A stretch of DNA of 64,000 nucleotides from Oscillospiraceae bacterium (GTDB lineage: Bacteria; Bacillota; Clostridia; Oscillospirales; CAG-272), in NCBI GenBank assembly GCA_015065455.1, contig SVQI01000001.1, positions 61,090 to 125,089 of the forward strand. The letters are read 5' to 3'. Numbering within the stretch: position 1 is the stretch's first letter; the number at the start of each line of letters is the position of its first letter. The translations under genes were made by a program, and so were the position numbers. Positions 52,519-62,646 of the stretch are shown piece after piece. The notes under the pieces are model-generated. The model did not search any database. It was not told the origin of the DNA and was given only the letters and a program-made list of their open reading frames with translations.

Positions 52519-55500
52519 TTGAAAAAAGCAATACTCATACTATCGGCAGTAATATTGCTTATCGCGTGTGTATTTTGTGTTTGCATAAACGCCGAAGATG
52601 ACAAAGCAGACGTCATATACGACATAAGCCCCCTTGCCTTAAAATCCAACACCGATTCTTTTTTGAACAAATTCAACGAAACCAACGAGGGCTGGGACAG
52701 TGAAACAGAAAAATGCAACGTAACGTTGGCAGAAAAAATCGACACCTTCCCATATACTCCCTTAACCGACAACGGTTGCCTTATAGTAAACCAACAAAAT
52801 GCAAAAACCGGAGAAAAAAACTATATATCAAAAACCTTTCCCACCCCTATTGACATGACTAATTACAACACACTCTGTTTTGCAGTAAACTGCAGTAGGG
52901 TTGAGGACTCAAATTACATTTTACTCATCGAGCTTTACTCAAGCAGAGACGTTTTCGCGGTTGATACAAAAATTGACGCTTCGTGTTGGAACGGAGTATT
53001 TGTTGACATTTCCGAGTGGAAAAATAAAAATTCAGTAACAAAGATAAGACTTTCTGTTAGCTACGAAAGTGAAACCGTGCCCGTATCGTTTTTTGAGTAT
53101 TACGTTGACAGCATCGGGCTAATTTCGTCAGACAAAGCAGTAAATAAGGTCAGATTTTCGGCAGAGGATTACGGAATAACGGGCGGTCGCGCCGTTTACT
53201 CGGATAATAAGCTGGACATCACTACCGTTGGCGACGAATTATTTCTTGCATCGATAGGATTTCCCTACCGCGACATCAGCCCTGCAAACTGCCTGAAAAT
53301 AAGATTCGACTCCGAGGGTAACTGCGGACAGATAAAGCTTGTATGCCACACACAAGACGGCAAGGTCAGCGGATATTCGTACTGCAACGTCGATTCGTCA
53401 GGAGAAGGACTTATAGCTTATCTTCCGCTTGATACCAAAAATATATCAGAAATTAACCTTACGTTTGAAGGCAACGGTCTCGGAAAGCTGGCAATACACA
53501 GTATCGAACCATATTCGACGTATATCAGCGGACAAAGCATCACAGGTACAGTCGATACGTGCGCTATCAATGCAAATACTTCAGAGCTTATTATAAGAGG
53601 AAGCATCGACAAAGACAAAGTTTCTGAATATATGCAAAAAGAGATTCGCCTCTTTGCGCACGATTTAAACGAAAACGTTACACCCGACCTTCTCAGCCGT
53701 TCGCAAGAAATTGCAAAAAGCACCGTCAGTTCAAGAGATTTTATTTTCCGAGTAAGCTACGGCAAAGAAGATGACGAAAGACTGTTTTTATACAAAAAAT
53801 ACACTATTGTCGTAAAGGTCGATAACGGATATGAAATAATCGGTCACCCCACGTGCATAACGAACCCCGAAAGCTTTTCGGGCAACTCAAACGATACCCC
53901 CTATAAAAAAAGCGGAAAGGGTATATACGGACAAAGCATATCCTTTATGCAGGAAATGGGCGCATCGGACACAGCCGTGTGGCTCGATATCGGCAAATTC
54001 TTTTCTCGAAAAGAGGGAACCGACAACAAGTTTGAATGTGGCGGAAACATTTTTTATTACAACGCCGAATACGTTCAAAGCATCGACAACATGATAAATA
54101 ATTACACCGAAAAAAATATTGGCGTAACGCTTATCCTTACTGTAAGCGATACGGAAAATGAGGCGCTTAACCGCCTGCTTATCCATAAAGACGCCAACCT
54201 TAACGCGACCTATTGCGCATACAACACCGAAACAAGATCTGGGCTTATGTATTTGCGCGCAGTAACGGAGTTTTGGGCAGAAAAATACGGAAACGGCAGA
54301 GATATCACAAGATTTGTTTTTGGCGACAGCGTAGCTTTGTCAAAAACAAATTACAATATGGGCAACAAAACTCTTGATGAATTTACAGAGGAGTACGCCA
54401 AGGGCTTTCGAACCGTGTATAATGCAGTGAAATCTTATTCGTCAAATATCGGCGTATATACTTATATAGACGATAACTGGGACAGGGATCTACCCTTTGA
54501 TATGTACACGCGTTACGATAACAGAGCATTCCTTGATTCTTTTAACAGATGTATTTCCGATATGGGAAATATAGACTGGGGATTGGCGCATAACCCTTAC
54601 CCGGCTTACGTTGACGATTATTTTTCATATAACGACGCTTCGCTCGAAAGCAACGATGACACCGACAGAGTTTCTTTTAAAAACATCGGCGTTGCGGTGG
54701 GTTATATAAGAAAAGACAGTATGCTTTACAGCAATACCGGCAGAGATTTTATAATAATAGAAAAATCTTTCTTTTCTAACTTGGATAAAAAAACAATAAC
54801 AGCAGACTACGTTTATAACAGCTACCGCGCTATGAATATTTCCGTTTCCGCTTATATAACCGACAGAAGCTGTAACTTTAATAATGCTATGAAGTATATC
54901 GATACTTCACTGTCGCTGTCTGCTACTCACTTTGCTCCCGACGTGCTAGGCGCTTCGTCCTGGGAGGGAATTATTAAAGGATTTTCCGAAGACAATATTA
55001 TAAAAAGAAAAATTGACCTCTCGGAAATTGAATTCTCAAAAAATGAAATAAAAGGAAGAGTTACAGTTTCCGATTTTTCAGACGGCCACCACGGCTGGAC
55101 CAGATACGGCTTTACCGAAAAGATTACGTCAGGAACCAACGTCGCAGATAGAAAAGGGCTGATGACTTTGTCGTTTGGTAATATACCGAACGGAGAATCG
55201 CGCGGAATAGTAAAGAAATTTGATACTCCCGTCGACTTTACGGCTATGCCCATTCTGCATTTTGACGTAAATATTGCATCTCTCCCCGTAAACGTGAATT
55301 ACGCACTGATAAAAGTTGTTATCTGCTCAGAGAACAACACTTATGAAATAACCGGAAGCGTTAAAGAAGCTTCCTGGACAGAGGTTTATTGCGACTTTTC
55401 AGATTTTTCGGACAAAAACAAGGTTGACGAAATAAGAATACTGTTCGTTGCAAACGAGAATTATTACGATAGCCCGCAGGCGCTTATATCGTCTGTTGAA

Positions 55501-55671
55501 GCGCTGTCTTACGAGCACACTTCAAGACAGCTCGAAAATATTTTGACCCCCAGGGACACCGAAAAAGAAATGCTTGATACTGTCAAAGAATATGCATACC
55601 CCATTCTTTCGGGCGTGATAGTGTTGTGTGTTTTGGTGTTTGTGTGGCGCAGAATACCCAAGAAATATTAA
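52519..55671 (+). CDS. Large (1050 aa) surface protein: signal peptide, N- and C-terminal homologous beta-sandwich-like domains, a central domain of unknown function and a C-terminal TM anchor
   Basis: TTG start 7 nt after AGGAGGGGG. N-terminal signal peptide and C-terminal TM (ILSGVIVLCVLVFVW RRIPKKY). The end domains share the pattern GW....K.F.TP.D.T....L.F.VN...A.W..V..D.S....KN.V..IR. Confidence 0.6.
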   Translation: MKKAILILSAVILLIACVFCVCINAEDDKADVIYDISPLALKSNTDSFLNKFNETNEGWDSETEKCNVTLAEKIDTFPYTPLTDNGCLIVNQQNAKTGEKNYISKTFPTPIDMTNYNTLCFAVNCSRVEDSNYILLIELYSSRDVFAVDTKIDASCWNGVFVDISEWKNKNSVTKIRLSVSYESETVPVSFFEYYVDSIGLISSDKAVNKVRFSAEDYGITGGRAVYSDNKLDITTVGDELFLASIGFPYRDISPANCLKIRFDSEGNCGQIKLVCHTQDGKVSGYSYCNVDSSGEGLIAYLPLDTKNISEINLTFEGNGLGKLAIHSIEPYSTYISGQSITGTVDTCAINANTSELIIRGSIDKDKVSEYMQKEIRLFAHDLNENVTPDLLSRSQEIAKSTVSSRDFIFRVSYGKEDDERLFLYKKYTIVVKVDNGYEIIGHPTCITNPESFSGNSNDTPYKKSGKGIYGQSISFMQEMGASDTAVWLDIGKFFSRKEGTDNKFECGGNIFYYNAEYVQSIDNMINNYTEKNIGVTLILTVSDTENEALNRLLIHKDANLNATYCAYNTETRSGLMYLRAVTEFWAEKYGNGRDITRFVFGDSVALSKTNYNMGNKTLDEFTEEYAKGFRTVYNAVKSYSSNIGVYTYIDDNWDRDLPFDMYTRYDNRAFLDSFNRCISDMGNIDWGLAHNPYPAYVDDYFSYNDASLESNDDTDRVSFKNIGVAVGYIRKDSMLYSNTGRDFIIIEKSFFSNLDKKTITADYVYNSYRAMNISVSAYITDRSCNFNNAMKYIDTSLSLSATHFAPDVLGASSWEGIIKGFSEDNIIKRKIDLSEIEFSKNEIKGRVTVSDFSDGHHGWTRYGFTEKITSGTNVADRKGLMTLSFGNIPNGESRGIVKKFDTPVDFTAMPILHFDVNIASLPVNVNYALIKVVICSENNTYEITGSVKEASWTEVYCDFSDFSDKNKVDEIRILFVANENYYDSPQALISSVEALSYEHTSRQLENILTPRDTEKEMLDTVKEYAYPILSGVIVLCVLVFVWRRIPKKY

Positions 55672-55694
55672 TATTTACATCAAAAGTGGTGTGT

Positions 55695-56117
55695 ATAAAA
55701 CAAAAAGTATAACCTAACCTTCCATCTTTCGCAAACGATGGGGGTGCAAAGGGGGTAATCCCCCTTTGTCGTTTGGTGGTTGGGGGTCGAGGGGGAGGAG
55801 GAATCGGAACCTCCGCCCCCTTGTGCCTTCTTTGGTTACTTTCTTGGCACGCAAGAAAGTAACATAAAAAAGAAAAAGACAATATTATTTAGCCAAACAA
55901 TACGTTTTAAAACAAAAAAACGCTCTCGCGTTTTTCAAAGGAGCACAAACAATCAGGAGCTTCGCTCCCGAACCCACACAAAAGGAGCACTTTTGAAAAA
56001 GTGCCCTCTTGACTCCCTCAAAACTTTTAATAAAAAATTATATATTATTTTTTAAGATAATATTTTAATTACGCTTTTTGAAAAAAGCTCCTTTGGAATC
56101 CGCAAAAACTTTTATTA
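55695..56117 (+). repeat. Mosaic intergenic repeat, locus E (S with an alternative leader, partial T, H, H')
   Basis: It shares the leader ACAAAAAGTATAACCTAAC(C/T)TTCCATCTT with locus D. It has the invariant hairpin at 55835-55863 and H modules at 55980-56117. Confidence 0.9.
55731..55864 (+). repeat. Module S copy 5 (most divergent)
   Basis: Hairpin 1 is replaced by the unrelated CAAAGGGGG-taat-CCCCCTTTG. The G-rich hairpin is GGGGGAGGAGG-aatcggaa-CCTCCGCCCCC. Invariant hairpin at 55835-55863. Confidence 0.7.
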
Positions 56118-56120
56118 AAA

Positions 56121-56153
56121 CAAAAAAAGACGGCTGTTTAAACCGTCTTTTTA
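56121..56153. terminator. Bidirectional terminator (serves ackA on the minus strand)
   Basis: AAGACGG-ctgtttaaa-CCGTCTT flanked by A7 upstream and T-rich sequence downstream. Confidence 0.7.
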
Positions 56154-56164
56154 TATTTTTTAAA

Positions 56165-57367
56165 TTAAAGACCTTTTACAAGCTTTTCTGTATCAGATGC
56201 AATTACAAGCTCTTCGTTTGTGGGGATAAGGTAAACCTTAACCTTAGAATCAGGCTTGGAAAGAAGAACTACGTCTGACTGATGGTGAGCCTTTGCGTTA
56301 ACTTCTGTATCAAGCTTGATACCAAAGTTTTCAAGGTTAGAACAAGCTCTTTCGCGAAGCTCGGGGTTGTTTTCACCCATACCTGCTGTGAAGATTACCG
56401 CATCAAGTCCGTCCATAGCCGCTGCATATGAACCAATGTACTTCTTAATCTGGTATGCCAATGTTTCAGCTGCAATCTTTGCTCTCTTGTTGCCCTGAAG
56501 AATAGCTGCTTCAATGTCACGGCTGTCAGAAGAAATTCCGGAAAGTCCGAGGAATCCGCACTTCTTGTTCATATAGTCGCTCATTTCATCGGGAGTAAAG
56601 CCTTCATGCTTCATTATATAAGTTACAATTGCAGGGTCGATAGAACCGCAACGTGTACCCATAAGAACGCCCGCCAAAGGAGTAAAGCCCATACTTGTGT
56701 CGATACACTTACCGCCCTTTACAGCAGAGATGGAAGAACCGTTACCGATGTGGCAAGTAACAATCTTTGTTTCTTCAACAGGCTTATCAAGAAGCTTTGC
56801 AGCTTCTGCAGCAACGTATCTGTGAGAAGTACCGTGAGCACCGTAACGACGAATGTGGTGCTTTTCGTACATTTCATAGGGAAGGCCGTACATATATGCT
56901 TCTTCAGGCATTGTCTGATGGAAAGCTGTGTCAAATACAAGCACCTGAGGTTTGCCGGGCATAGCTTCAAGACAACCCTGGATACCCATAATGTGTGCGG
57001 GTGTGTGAAGGGGAGCGAGGTCACGGCAAAGCTCGAGTTTTGCCAAAACTTCGTCTGTAAGAAGAACGGATTCGGAGAAATATTCACCGCCGTGAACGAC
57101 TCTGTGTCCTACAGCTTCAATTTCGTCCATAGATTTAATACAGCCAACCTTTTCGTCTGTAAGATATCTTACAACAACTGACGTAGCAACTGCATGGTTA
57201 GGCATATCGATTTCTTCAACATACTTTTCGCCATTGAACTTGTGTTCGATTTTACCGTCAATACCAATTCTTTCACAAATACCCTTTGCGAGAACTTCGT
57301 TTGTTGTTGTATCAAAAAGCTGATACTTAAGAGAGGAACTTCCTGCGTTTACAACAAGTACATTCAT
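56165..57367 (-). CDS. ackA: Acetate kinase
   Basis: N-terminal VLVVNAGSSSLKYQLF and the conserved HRYV/GNG blocks. Confidence 0.95.
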   Translation of the reverse strand: MNVLVVNAGSSSLKYQLFDTTTNEVLAKGICERIGIDGKIEHKFNGEKYVEEIDMPNHAVATSVVVRYLTDEKVGCIKSMDEIEAVGHRVVHGGEYFSESVLLTDEVLAKLELCRDLAPLHTPAHIMGIQGCLEAMPGKPQVLVFDTAFHQTMPEEAYMYGLPYEMYEKHHIRRYGAHGTSHRYVAAEAAKLLDKPVEETKIVTCHIGNGSSISAVKGGKCIDTSMGFTPLAGVLMGTRCGSIDPAIVTYIMKHEGFTPDEMSDYMNKKCGFLGLSGISSDSRDIEAAILQGNKRAKIAAETLAYQIKKYIGSYAAAMDGLDAVIFTAGMGENNPELRERACSNLENFGIKLDTEVNAKAHHQSDVVLLSKPDSKVKVYLIPTNEELVIASDTEKLVKGL

Positions 57368-57533
57368 TTGTATAAACCTCCAAAAAAATTATGAAAAAGT
57401 ATTTTATTATTTTACAATTTATGTTATAATAGTATACAACTGTTTTATTGTACCTCATATTCCAAAAAATTGCAAGGTCTTAATGTTATTTTTAACACAA
57501 AAAACATAATTTCGGGAGGGAAAGCTTACCGCT

Positions 57534-58685
57534 ATGAAAATAACCGCCGTTATTTGCGAATATAACCCCTTTCACAAGGGCCACCTTTCCCAAATTGAAT
57601 ATATAAAAAAACAAGACAGCCTTGTTATCTGTATAATGAGCGGTGGCTACGTTCAGAGAGGAGAGCCCGCCCTCTTTGACAAGTACGCAAGAGCTGAGGC
57701 AGCTGTTGTTTCGGGAGCTGATTTAGTAATCGAGCTTCCGTACCCCTATTCGTGCTCGGCGGCAGAACATTTTTGCAGAGCGGGTGTATATATCGCATCA
57801 TCACTTAACGTTGTTGACGAATTATGCTTCGGAAGCGAATCGGGAGACATTGATTACTTAAAGCAGGTAAGCGAGAGACTTTCCTCAGACGAATTTGTTG
57901 CCGCGCTAAACACCGCAAGAAAAGATAAAAACAATAAAGAAAAGCCGTTTGCAGTCTTGCGCGAGGAAGTGTATTCATTTCTTTACGGCGACAAATTGCC
58001 CATTAAACCGAACGACATTCTCGGAATCGAGTATATAAATTCAATAAACTCTTTAAAAAGCAACATTATTCCAGCAACGTACAAAAGAGAAAAGGGCTTT
58101 TCGGCAACCGAATCGAGAAGCTTGATAAAAGAAAGTAACGATTTTTCGATGTTACCCGACGGTTGCTCTGACTTTTTCAAAAACAAAGACAGATACAACA
58201 TAAAGAACATAGAAAGCGCAATTCTCGCATTTTACCGTTCGGCAGATACTTCAAGCCTCGTAAAATGCGAAAGTATGACAAACGGAATGGCGCAGAAGCT
58301 TATAAAATGCGCCAAAGAATCGACATCTTTTGAAGAATTTACAGAAACGCTGTCGTCAAAATCGTATACGAATGCAAGAATAAGACGGGCAATAATTCAC
58401 GGAATGACGGAAGTTTTGCCATATATGCTAAAGACTCCGCCGAAGTTCACTCAAGTTCTGGCTTGTAACGATAACGGCAGAAAGCTTATAAAACAAATAC
58501 AAAAGACGGGAGATATAGAAATTCTCACCAAGCCGTCACACTACAAAAAACTGTCCGAGGAAGCAAGAAATCAGGCGGAATTTGCCATAAAAGCCGAAGG
58601 CCTATTGACTCTGACTTGCAGTAAACCTAAATCTTACGACTATTTTTTAAAACAGACGCCGTTTGTTTTAAATTCAGAAAAATAA
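57534..58685 (+). CDS. tmcAL: tRNA(Met) cytidine acetate ligase family (YlbM/TmcAL, UPF0348)
   Basis: N-terminal nucleotidyltransferase motif ICEYNPFHKGHLSQI. Length fits the family. Confidence 0.75.
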   Translation: MKITAVICEYNPFHKGHLSQIEYIKKQDSLVICIMSGGYVQRGEPALFDKYARAEAAVVSGADLVIELPYPYSCSAAEHFCRAGVYIASSLNVVDELCFGSESGDIDYLKQVSERLSSDEFVAALNTARKDKNNKEKPFAVLREEVYSFLYGDKLPIKPNDILGIEYINSINSLKSNIIPATYKREKGFSATESRSLIKESNDFSMLPDGCSDFFKNKDRYNIKNIESAILAFYRSADTSSLVKCESMTNGMAQKLIKCAKESTSFEEFTETLSSKSYTNARIRRAIIHGMTEVLPYMLKTPPKFTQVLACNDNGRKLIKQIQKTGDIEILTKPSHYKKLSEEARNQAEFAIKAEGLLTLTCSKPKSYDYFLKQTPFVLNSEK

Positions 58686-58722
58686 ATCTTAAATTCTATA
58701 AACTTAAAGGAGATAACCGGAA

Positions 58723-59658
58723 ATGAAAGTTGAAATTATTGACTACAAAAGCTACGGCAGAGCTTTGAGAATTGCAAACGATAAGATTGAAGCTTACGTT
58801 ACACTCGACGTCGGCCCCCGTATTATCGGGTTCAACGTTATCGGCGGCGAAAATATGATGTTTGTCGATGAAAAAGAAATAGGAACGGTTGATGTTTCCT
58901 CACGCTACGGCGAAGGCAAGGAATGGCGTACGTTCGGCGGTCACAGAATGTGGCTCAGCCCTGAAGACAGACCTATGACTTATTATCCCGACTGCGAACC
59001 TATCGAGCACGAAGTTGTAAACGAAAACGGCAAAGCTGTTTGTACTTTTATCCCCCCTGTACAGAAGGTAAACAACGTACAGCATAAGCTCGTTATCACT
59101 ATGGAAGACGGCTCAACAAAGATGACAGTTGACCACTACCTTACAAACAAGGGAAGCGAAACTATAAGAAGAGGTATCTGGGGAATTACGGTAACCGACA
59201 AAGAGGGAATTGCAGTTGTTCGTCAGCCCGAAAGAAACACAAACCTTTTGCCCAACAGACAGCTCGTTTTCTGGCCCTACACAAAGATGAACGACGATAG
59301 ACTTTTGTTCGGCGAAGATTACATCGCAGTTCAGCAGGACCCCGATATGAATCAGGTTCCCGCAAAGATTGGTTACACAAACTTTGAGGGCAAGCTCTAC
59401 TGTTTCAATCACGGTCAGGCTATGAATATTGAATTTGAATCCGACTACGAAAAGGGTGAATACCCCGACTTTAATATCTGTTGCGAAATCTACACAAACA
59501 GAAAGATTCTCGAAATCGAAAGCCTCGGTCATTTGCACGACGTAGAACCCGAGGGAACTATCACACACAGAGAAGTATGGGAAGTTGTTCCTTGCGAATA
59601 TAAGCCTACGCTTAACGAGTCTGAAATCGATAAGGCTATGAAGATGATTTTAGGCTGA
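58723..59658 (+). CDS. Hypothetical protein, possibly a galactose-mutarotase-like fold
   Basis: Good RBS (AAAGGAGA). The FGGHRMWLSPED motif reminds me of aldose-epimerase-like DUF families. Low certainty. Confidence 0.45.
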   Translation: MKVEIIDYKSYGRALRIANDKIEAYVTLDVGPRIIGFNVIGGENMMFVDEKEIGTVDVSSRYGEGKEWRTFGGHRMWLSPEDRPMTYYPDCEPIEHEVVNENGKAVCTFIPPVQKVNNVQHKLVITMEDGSTKMTVDHYLTNKGSETIRRGIWGITVTDKEGIAVVRQPERNTNLLPNRQLVFWPYTKMNDDRLLFGEDYIAVQQDPDMNQVPAKIGYTNFEGKLYCFNHGQAMNIEFESDYEKGEYPDFNICCEIYTNRKILEIESLGHLHDVEPEGTITHREVWEVVPCEYKPTLNESEIDKAMKMILG

Positions 59659-59747
59659 GACTTGATTCAACTTGACAATCCTACCGATTTGTAGTATCAT
59701 AATACGTAATATGTTATTGATACGGTTATATTGAGGAGGCGGAAATA

Positions 59748-60068
59748 ATGAGCGAAGAAAAATACGTTGAAGGACAGAACCTCGTATTCAGAGGCAAGCC
59801 TCTTTTAAGAGAGGGTAACACGTTCTGTTACGGCAGTATGTCCGATAAATACGTTTTGTTTATGATGGTTCTGAGCAACAAAAAGATAAAAGACGAAGAC
59901 GGAAAAGATATTGAAATTCCCGATAAGATAATATTGCAGGTGTTGAATACGGATGCAAAATTACCCCCGCACGAAAGAGTGGTTAAGCAGTTTGAACGTA
60001 ACGGTCTTTTTGACGCGATGGATATCGGTCTTGTTTGGCTTGACCGTCTTAACAAAGAAGAAAAATAA
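59748..60068 (+). CDS. Hypothetical small protein (106 aa)
   Basis: GAGGAGG RBS and a strong terminator downstream. No family recognised. Confidence 0.45.
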   Translation: MSEEKYVEGQNLVFRGKPLLREGNTFCYGSMSDKYVLFMMVLSNKKIKDEDGKDIEIPDKIILQVLNTDAKLPPHERVVKQFERNGLFDAMDIGLVWLDRLNKEEK

Positions 60069-60078
60069 TTATTTTGAC

Positions 60079-60107
60079 AAAAGCCCAATCGGGCTTTTGT
60101 TTTTTTG
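60079..60107 (+). terminator. Intrinsic terminator after the 106-aa ORF
   Basis: AAAAGCCC-aatc-GGGCTTTT followed by GTTTTTTT. Confidence 0.8.
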
Positions 60108-60163
60108 TTCTCTAATTCAAAAAAGTTTTGCAAATTTGACCTCCTTATGAGGAGATAAAATTA

Positions 60164-60262
60164 TGCGTGTTCGATTGTCATCCTTGAGCAAGCCGCCGCG
60201 AGATTCTTCGCTACGCTCGAGAATGACAACGCGGCGGCGCAGCGAAGGATCCCGAACACGCA
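60164..60262 (-). repeat. Module K copy (orientation b, inverted relative to its downstream flank)
   Basis: The 79-nt interior equals the reverse complement of the interior of 62647-62745 at every position I checked by hand. Confidence 0.85.
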
Positions 60263-60343
60263 ATTTAACGCGCTCCCGAACCCACACCAAAGGTGCTTTT
60301 TGAAAAAAACTCCTTTGGAATCCGCAAAAACTTTTAATAAAAA
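60164..60343 (+). repeat. Mosaic intergenic repeat, locus G (K in inverted orientation, then an H/H' hybrid)
   Basis: 60164-60262 is the exact reverse complement of the K core at 62648-62744. The downstream flank AATTTAACGCGCTCCCGAACCC is in the same orientation as at locus H. Confidence 0.9.
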
Positions 60344-60459
60344 TTTTTTATATTATTTTTTCAAAATAATTATCTTTTGTTTTCCTGCGCCGACAGCGTT
60401 TACTCTTAAAAAATTCACATAAAATTTAACAAATTTTAGTGTATTTCTTCCAAAAGGTC

Positions 60460-60488
60460 TTGATTTAAGACAAGATTTGGGATAAAAT
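60460..60488 (+). promoter_or_regulatory. Putative fba promoter
   Basis: TTGATT, a 17-nt spacer, then TAAAAT. Confidence 0.4.
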
Positions 60489-60536
60489 ATATAAGATGGA
60501 AAAAATTATTATTTAAATAAACAAGGAGTGTACATC

Positions 60537-61502
60537 ATGGCATTAGTTACAACAAAAGAGATGTTTAAAAAGGCTTATGAAGGCGGTTACGCTATCGGCG
60601 CTTTTAACATCAACAATATGGAAATCGTTCAGGCTATCACAGAAGCAGCTCAGGAACTCAACTCTCCCGTAGTTCTTCAGGTTTCCGCAGGTGCAAGAAA
60701 GTACGCAAAGCACGAATACCTTATGGCTTTGGCTAACGCTGCTATTAAGGACACAGGCATTGATATTGCTCTCCACCTCGACCACGGCGCAGATTTTGAA
60801 ATCTGTAAAGCATGTATCGACGGCGGATTTACTTCAGTTATGATCGACGGTTCTCACCACTCTTTCGAGGACAACATCGCTGTTACAAAGAAGGTTGTTG
60901 AATACGCTCACGCTCACGGTTGCGTTGTTGAAGGTGAGCTTGGCAGACTCGCAGGCGTTGAAGACGACGTTAAGGTTTCTGCTGAGGATTCTTCTTACAC
61001 TCGTCCCGAAGAAGTTGAAGAGTTCGTAACTCGCACAGGCGTTGACTCTCTCGCTATAGCTATCGGAACAAGCCACGGCGCATACAAGTTTACTCCCGAA
61101 CAGTGCACAAGAAACGAAAACGGCATTCTCGTTCCCCCTCCGCTCCGTTTTGACATTCTCGAAGAAGTTGAAAAGAGACTTCCCGGATTCCCGATCGTTC
61201 TTCACGGCGCATCTTCCGTTTCTCAGGAAGCTGTTAAGGAAATCAACGAAAAGGGCGGAAAAATGCCCGACGCTATCGGTATTCCCGAAGAACAGCTCAG
61301 AAAAGCTGCAGGTATGGCAGTATGTAAGATTAATATCGACTCTGACATCAGACTTGCTATGACAGCAGGTATCCGCAGAGTATTCACAGAGAACCCCTCC
61401 GCATTCGACCCCAGAGAATACCTCAAGGTTGGTAGAGAAGAAGTTCGCAAGATGGTTGCTCATAAGATCGTAAACGTTCTCGGTTCCAACGGCAAAATGT
61501 AA
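60537..61502 (+). CDS. fba: Class II fructose-1,6-bisphosphate aldolase
   Basis: GYAIGAFNINNME, the LHLDHG zinc site and GTSHGAYKF. The start is set at the ATG at 60537, 8 nt after AAGGAG. Confidence 0.95.
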   Translation: MALVTTKEMFKKAYEGGYAIGAFNINNMEIVQAITEAAQELNSPVVLQVSAGARKYAKHEYLMALANAAIKDTGIDIALHLDHGADFEICKACIDGGFTSVMIDGSHHSFEDNIAVTKKVVEYAHAHGCVVEGELGRLAGVEDDVKVSAEDSSYTRPEEVEEFVTRTGVDSLAIAIGTSHGAYKFTPEQCTRNENGILVPPPLRFDILEEVEKRLPGFPIVLHGASSVSQEAVKEINEKGGKMPDAIGIPEEQLRKAAGMAVCKINIDSDIRLAMTAGIRRVFTENPSAFDPREYLKVGREEVRKMVAHKIVNVLGSNGKM

Positions 61503-61529
61503 TCTGCTCCGAGCAACGCTACGTAATTT

Positions 61530-62252
61530 ATGATTTACACCGAAGAATACAGAATCAACAGCCACGACTGCGACCTTAACGGCTTCGCAAGACCGTCAGC
61601 AATTCTTCGTTATATGCACGAAACCGCAAACTTACAGCTAAACGAATACGGACCGTCAAACGACGCTTTAAGAGCAGACGGCAAGGCTTTCATTCTTAGT
61701 AAAATCAACCTCAGTTTCTACTGCGCCCTGAAGGCGTTTGATAGAATAAGGGTGGAAACCTGGGCTTGTGAAAGCCGAGGCGTAAGCTTTTACCGCTGTA
61801 CGAGGGTGTTGAAGGACAACGACCTCGTAGCTGAAATGGTTGGCGTATTTGCTTTGGTTGACATAAATAACAAGAGCCTTTGCAGAGTTTCTGATATCAA
61901 ATTCGGCTTTGACGAAGAATCGACGATGCTCGAGCTTGACCTTCCCGCGAGATTCAGAATACCCGAAGGGGTTGACCTCGCGTTGCAGGGTGAATATACC
62001 GTCAGCTACAGCGATACCGACGAAAATATGCATATGAACAATACGAATTACCTCGATTTGTTCTGCAATTTTCTTCCCGATAATAAGAATAACCGAGTAA
62101 TTACGGCGGTTATTAATTACCAGTCCGAAGCTCCTATCGGAGAAACGGTGAAGATTTATCGCGGAGAAGACGACGACGTGTATTATTTCAGAACGGTTCG
62201 CCACGACGGCGCGGTTAATTCCGAGTCGCGCATTATGGTTGACAGAATTTAA
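61530..62252 (+). CDS. Acyl-ACP thioesterase family protein
   Basis: Double hot-dog size (240 aa) and the N-terminal Y.I.S.D.D..G......IL.Y..E.A pattern. Confidence 0.75.
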   Translation: MIYTEEYRINSHDCDLNGFARPSAILRYMHETANLQLNEYGPSNDALRADGKAFILSKINLSFYCALKAFDRIRVETWACESRGVSFYRCTRVLKDNDLVAEMVGVFALVDINNKSLCRVSDIKFGFDEESTMLELDLPARFRIPEGVDLALQGEYTVSYSDTDENMHMNNTNYLDLFCNFLPDNKNNRVITAVINYQSEAPIGETVKIYRGEDDDVYYFRTVRHDGAVNSESRIMVDRI

Positions 62253-62259
62253 AAATATG

Positions 62260-62296
62260 ATACCGTTGCATTTTTACGTGCAACGGTATTTTTTTG
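62260..62296 (+). terminator. Intrinsic terminator after the thioesterase gene
   Basis: ATACCGTTGCA-tttttac(g)-TGCAACGGTAT followed by TTTTTTT. Confidence 0.8.
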
Positions 62297-62383
62297 CATT
62301 ACGGGCGGATAGCAAAAACCACCCTACTCACAGATAAGGTCAAAGGATAGAAATTGAACAGAGACGAATTTGCACTAACTTTT

Positions 62384-62571
62384 ACCTCCATCTGACGAGG
62401 GAGGTGGCTCGGCAGTCAGCAAATATCAATTTTAATTTATCTTTGCTGCCGAGACGGAGGGAGAGATATGTGTTAGATTTTTGATTGCAATATTGTGTGT
62501 TTAAACCGTTCGTTCTTCTCTCCCTCAGTCATTTTCTAACAAAAATGCCAGCTCCCTCGTCAGATGGAGCT
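62384..62571 (+). repeat. Module N, complete copy
   Basis: Same outer arms (CTCCATCTGACGAGGGAG / CTCCCTCGTCAGATGGAG). The first hairpin is compensated to CTCGGCAG/CTGCCGAG. The third hairpin is replaced by CATTTTC-taac-(A)AAAATG. Confidence 0.8.
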
Positions 62572-62646
62572 AAAAAGTTAGATTATTTCGGGAAAACGGA
62601 CGTATAGCAAAAACGCCCCTACAATTTTAGGGTTTATTGTCTTAAC

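Noticed and set aside
517-55863. The five identical 29-nt palindromic units (GTTACTTTCTTGGCACGCAAGAAAGTAAC), considered as a CRISPR array
   Set aside because: The copies are 5-21 kb apart in different intergenic regions, not in a regular repeat-spacer array, and there are no cas genes in the window. They are part of module S of the mosaic repeats.
60834-61565. A 243-aa minus-strand ORF opposite fba
   Set aside because: It is antisense to an unmistakable class II aldolase. It has no RBS and no recognisable motifs.
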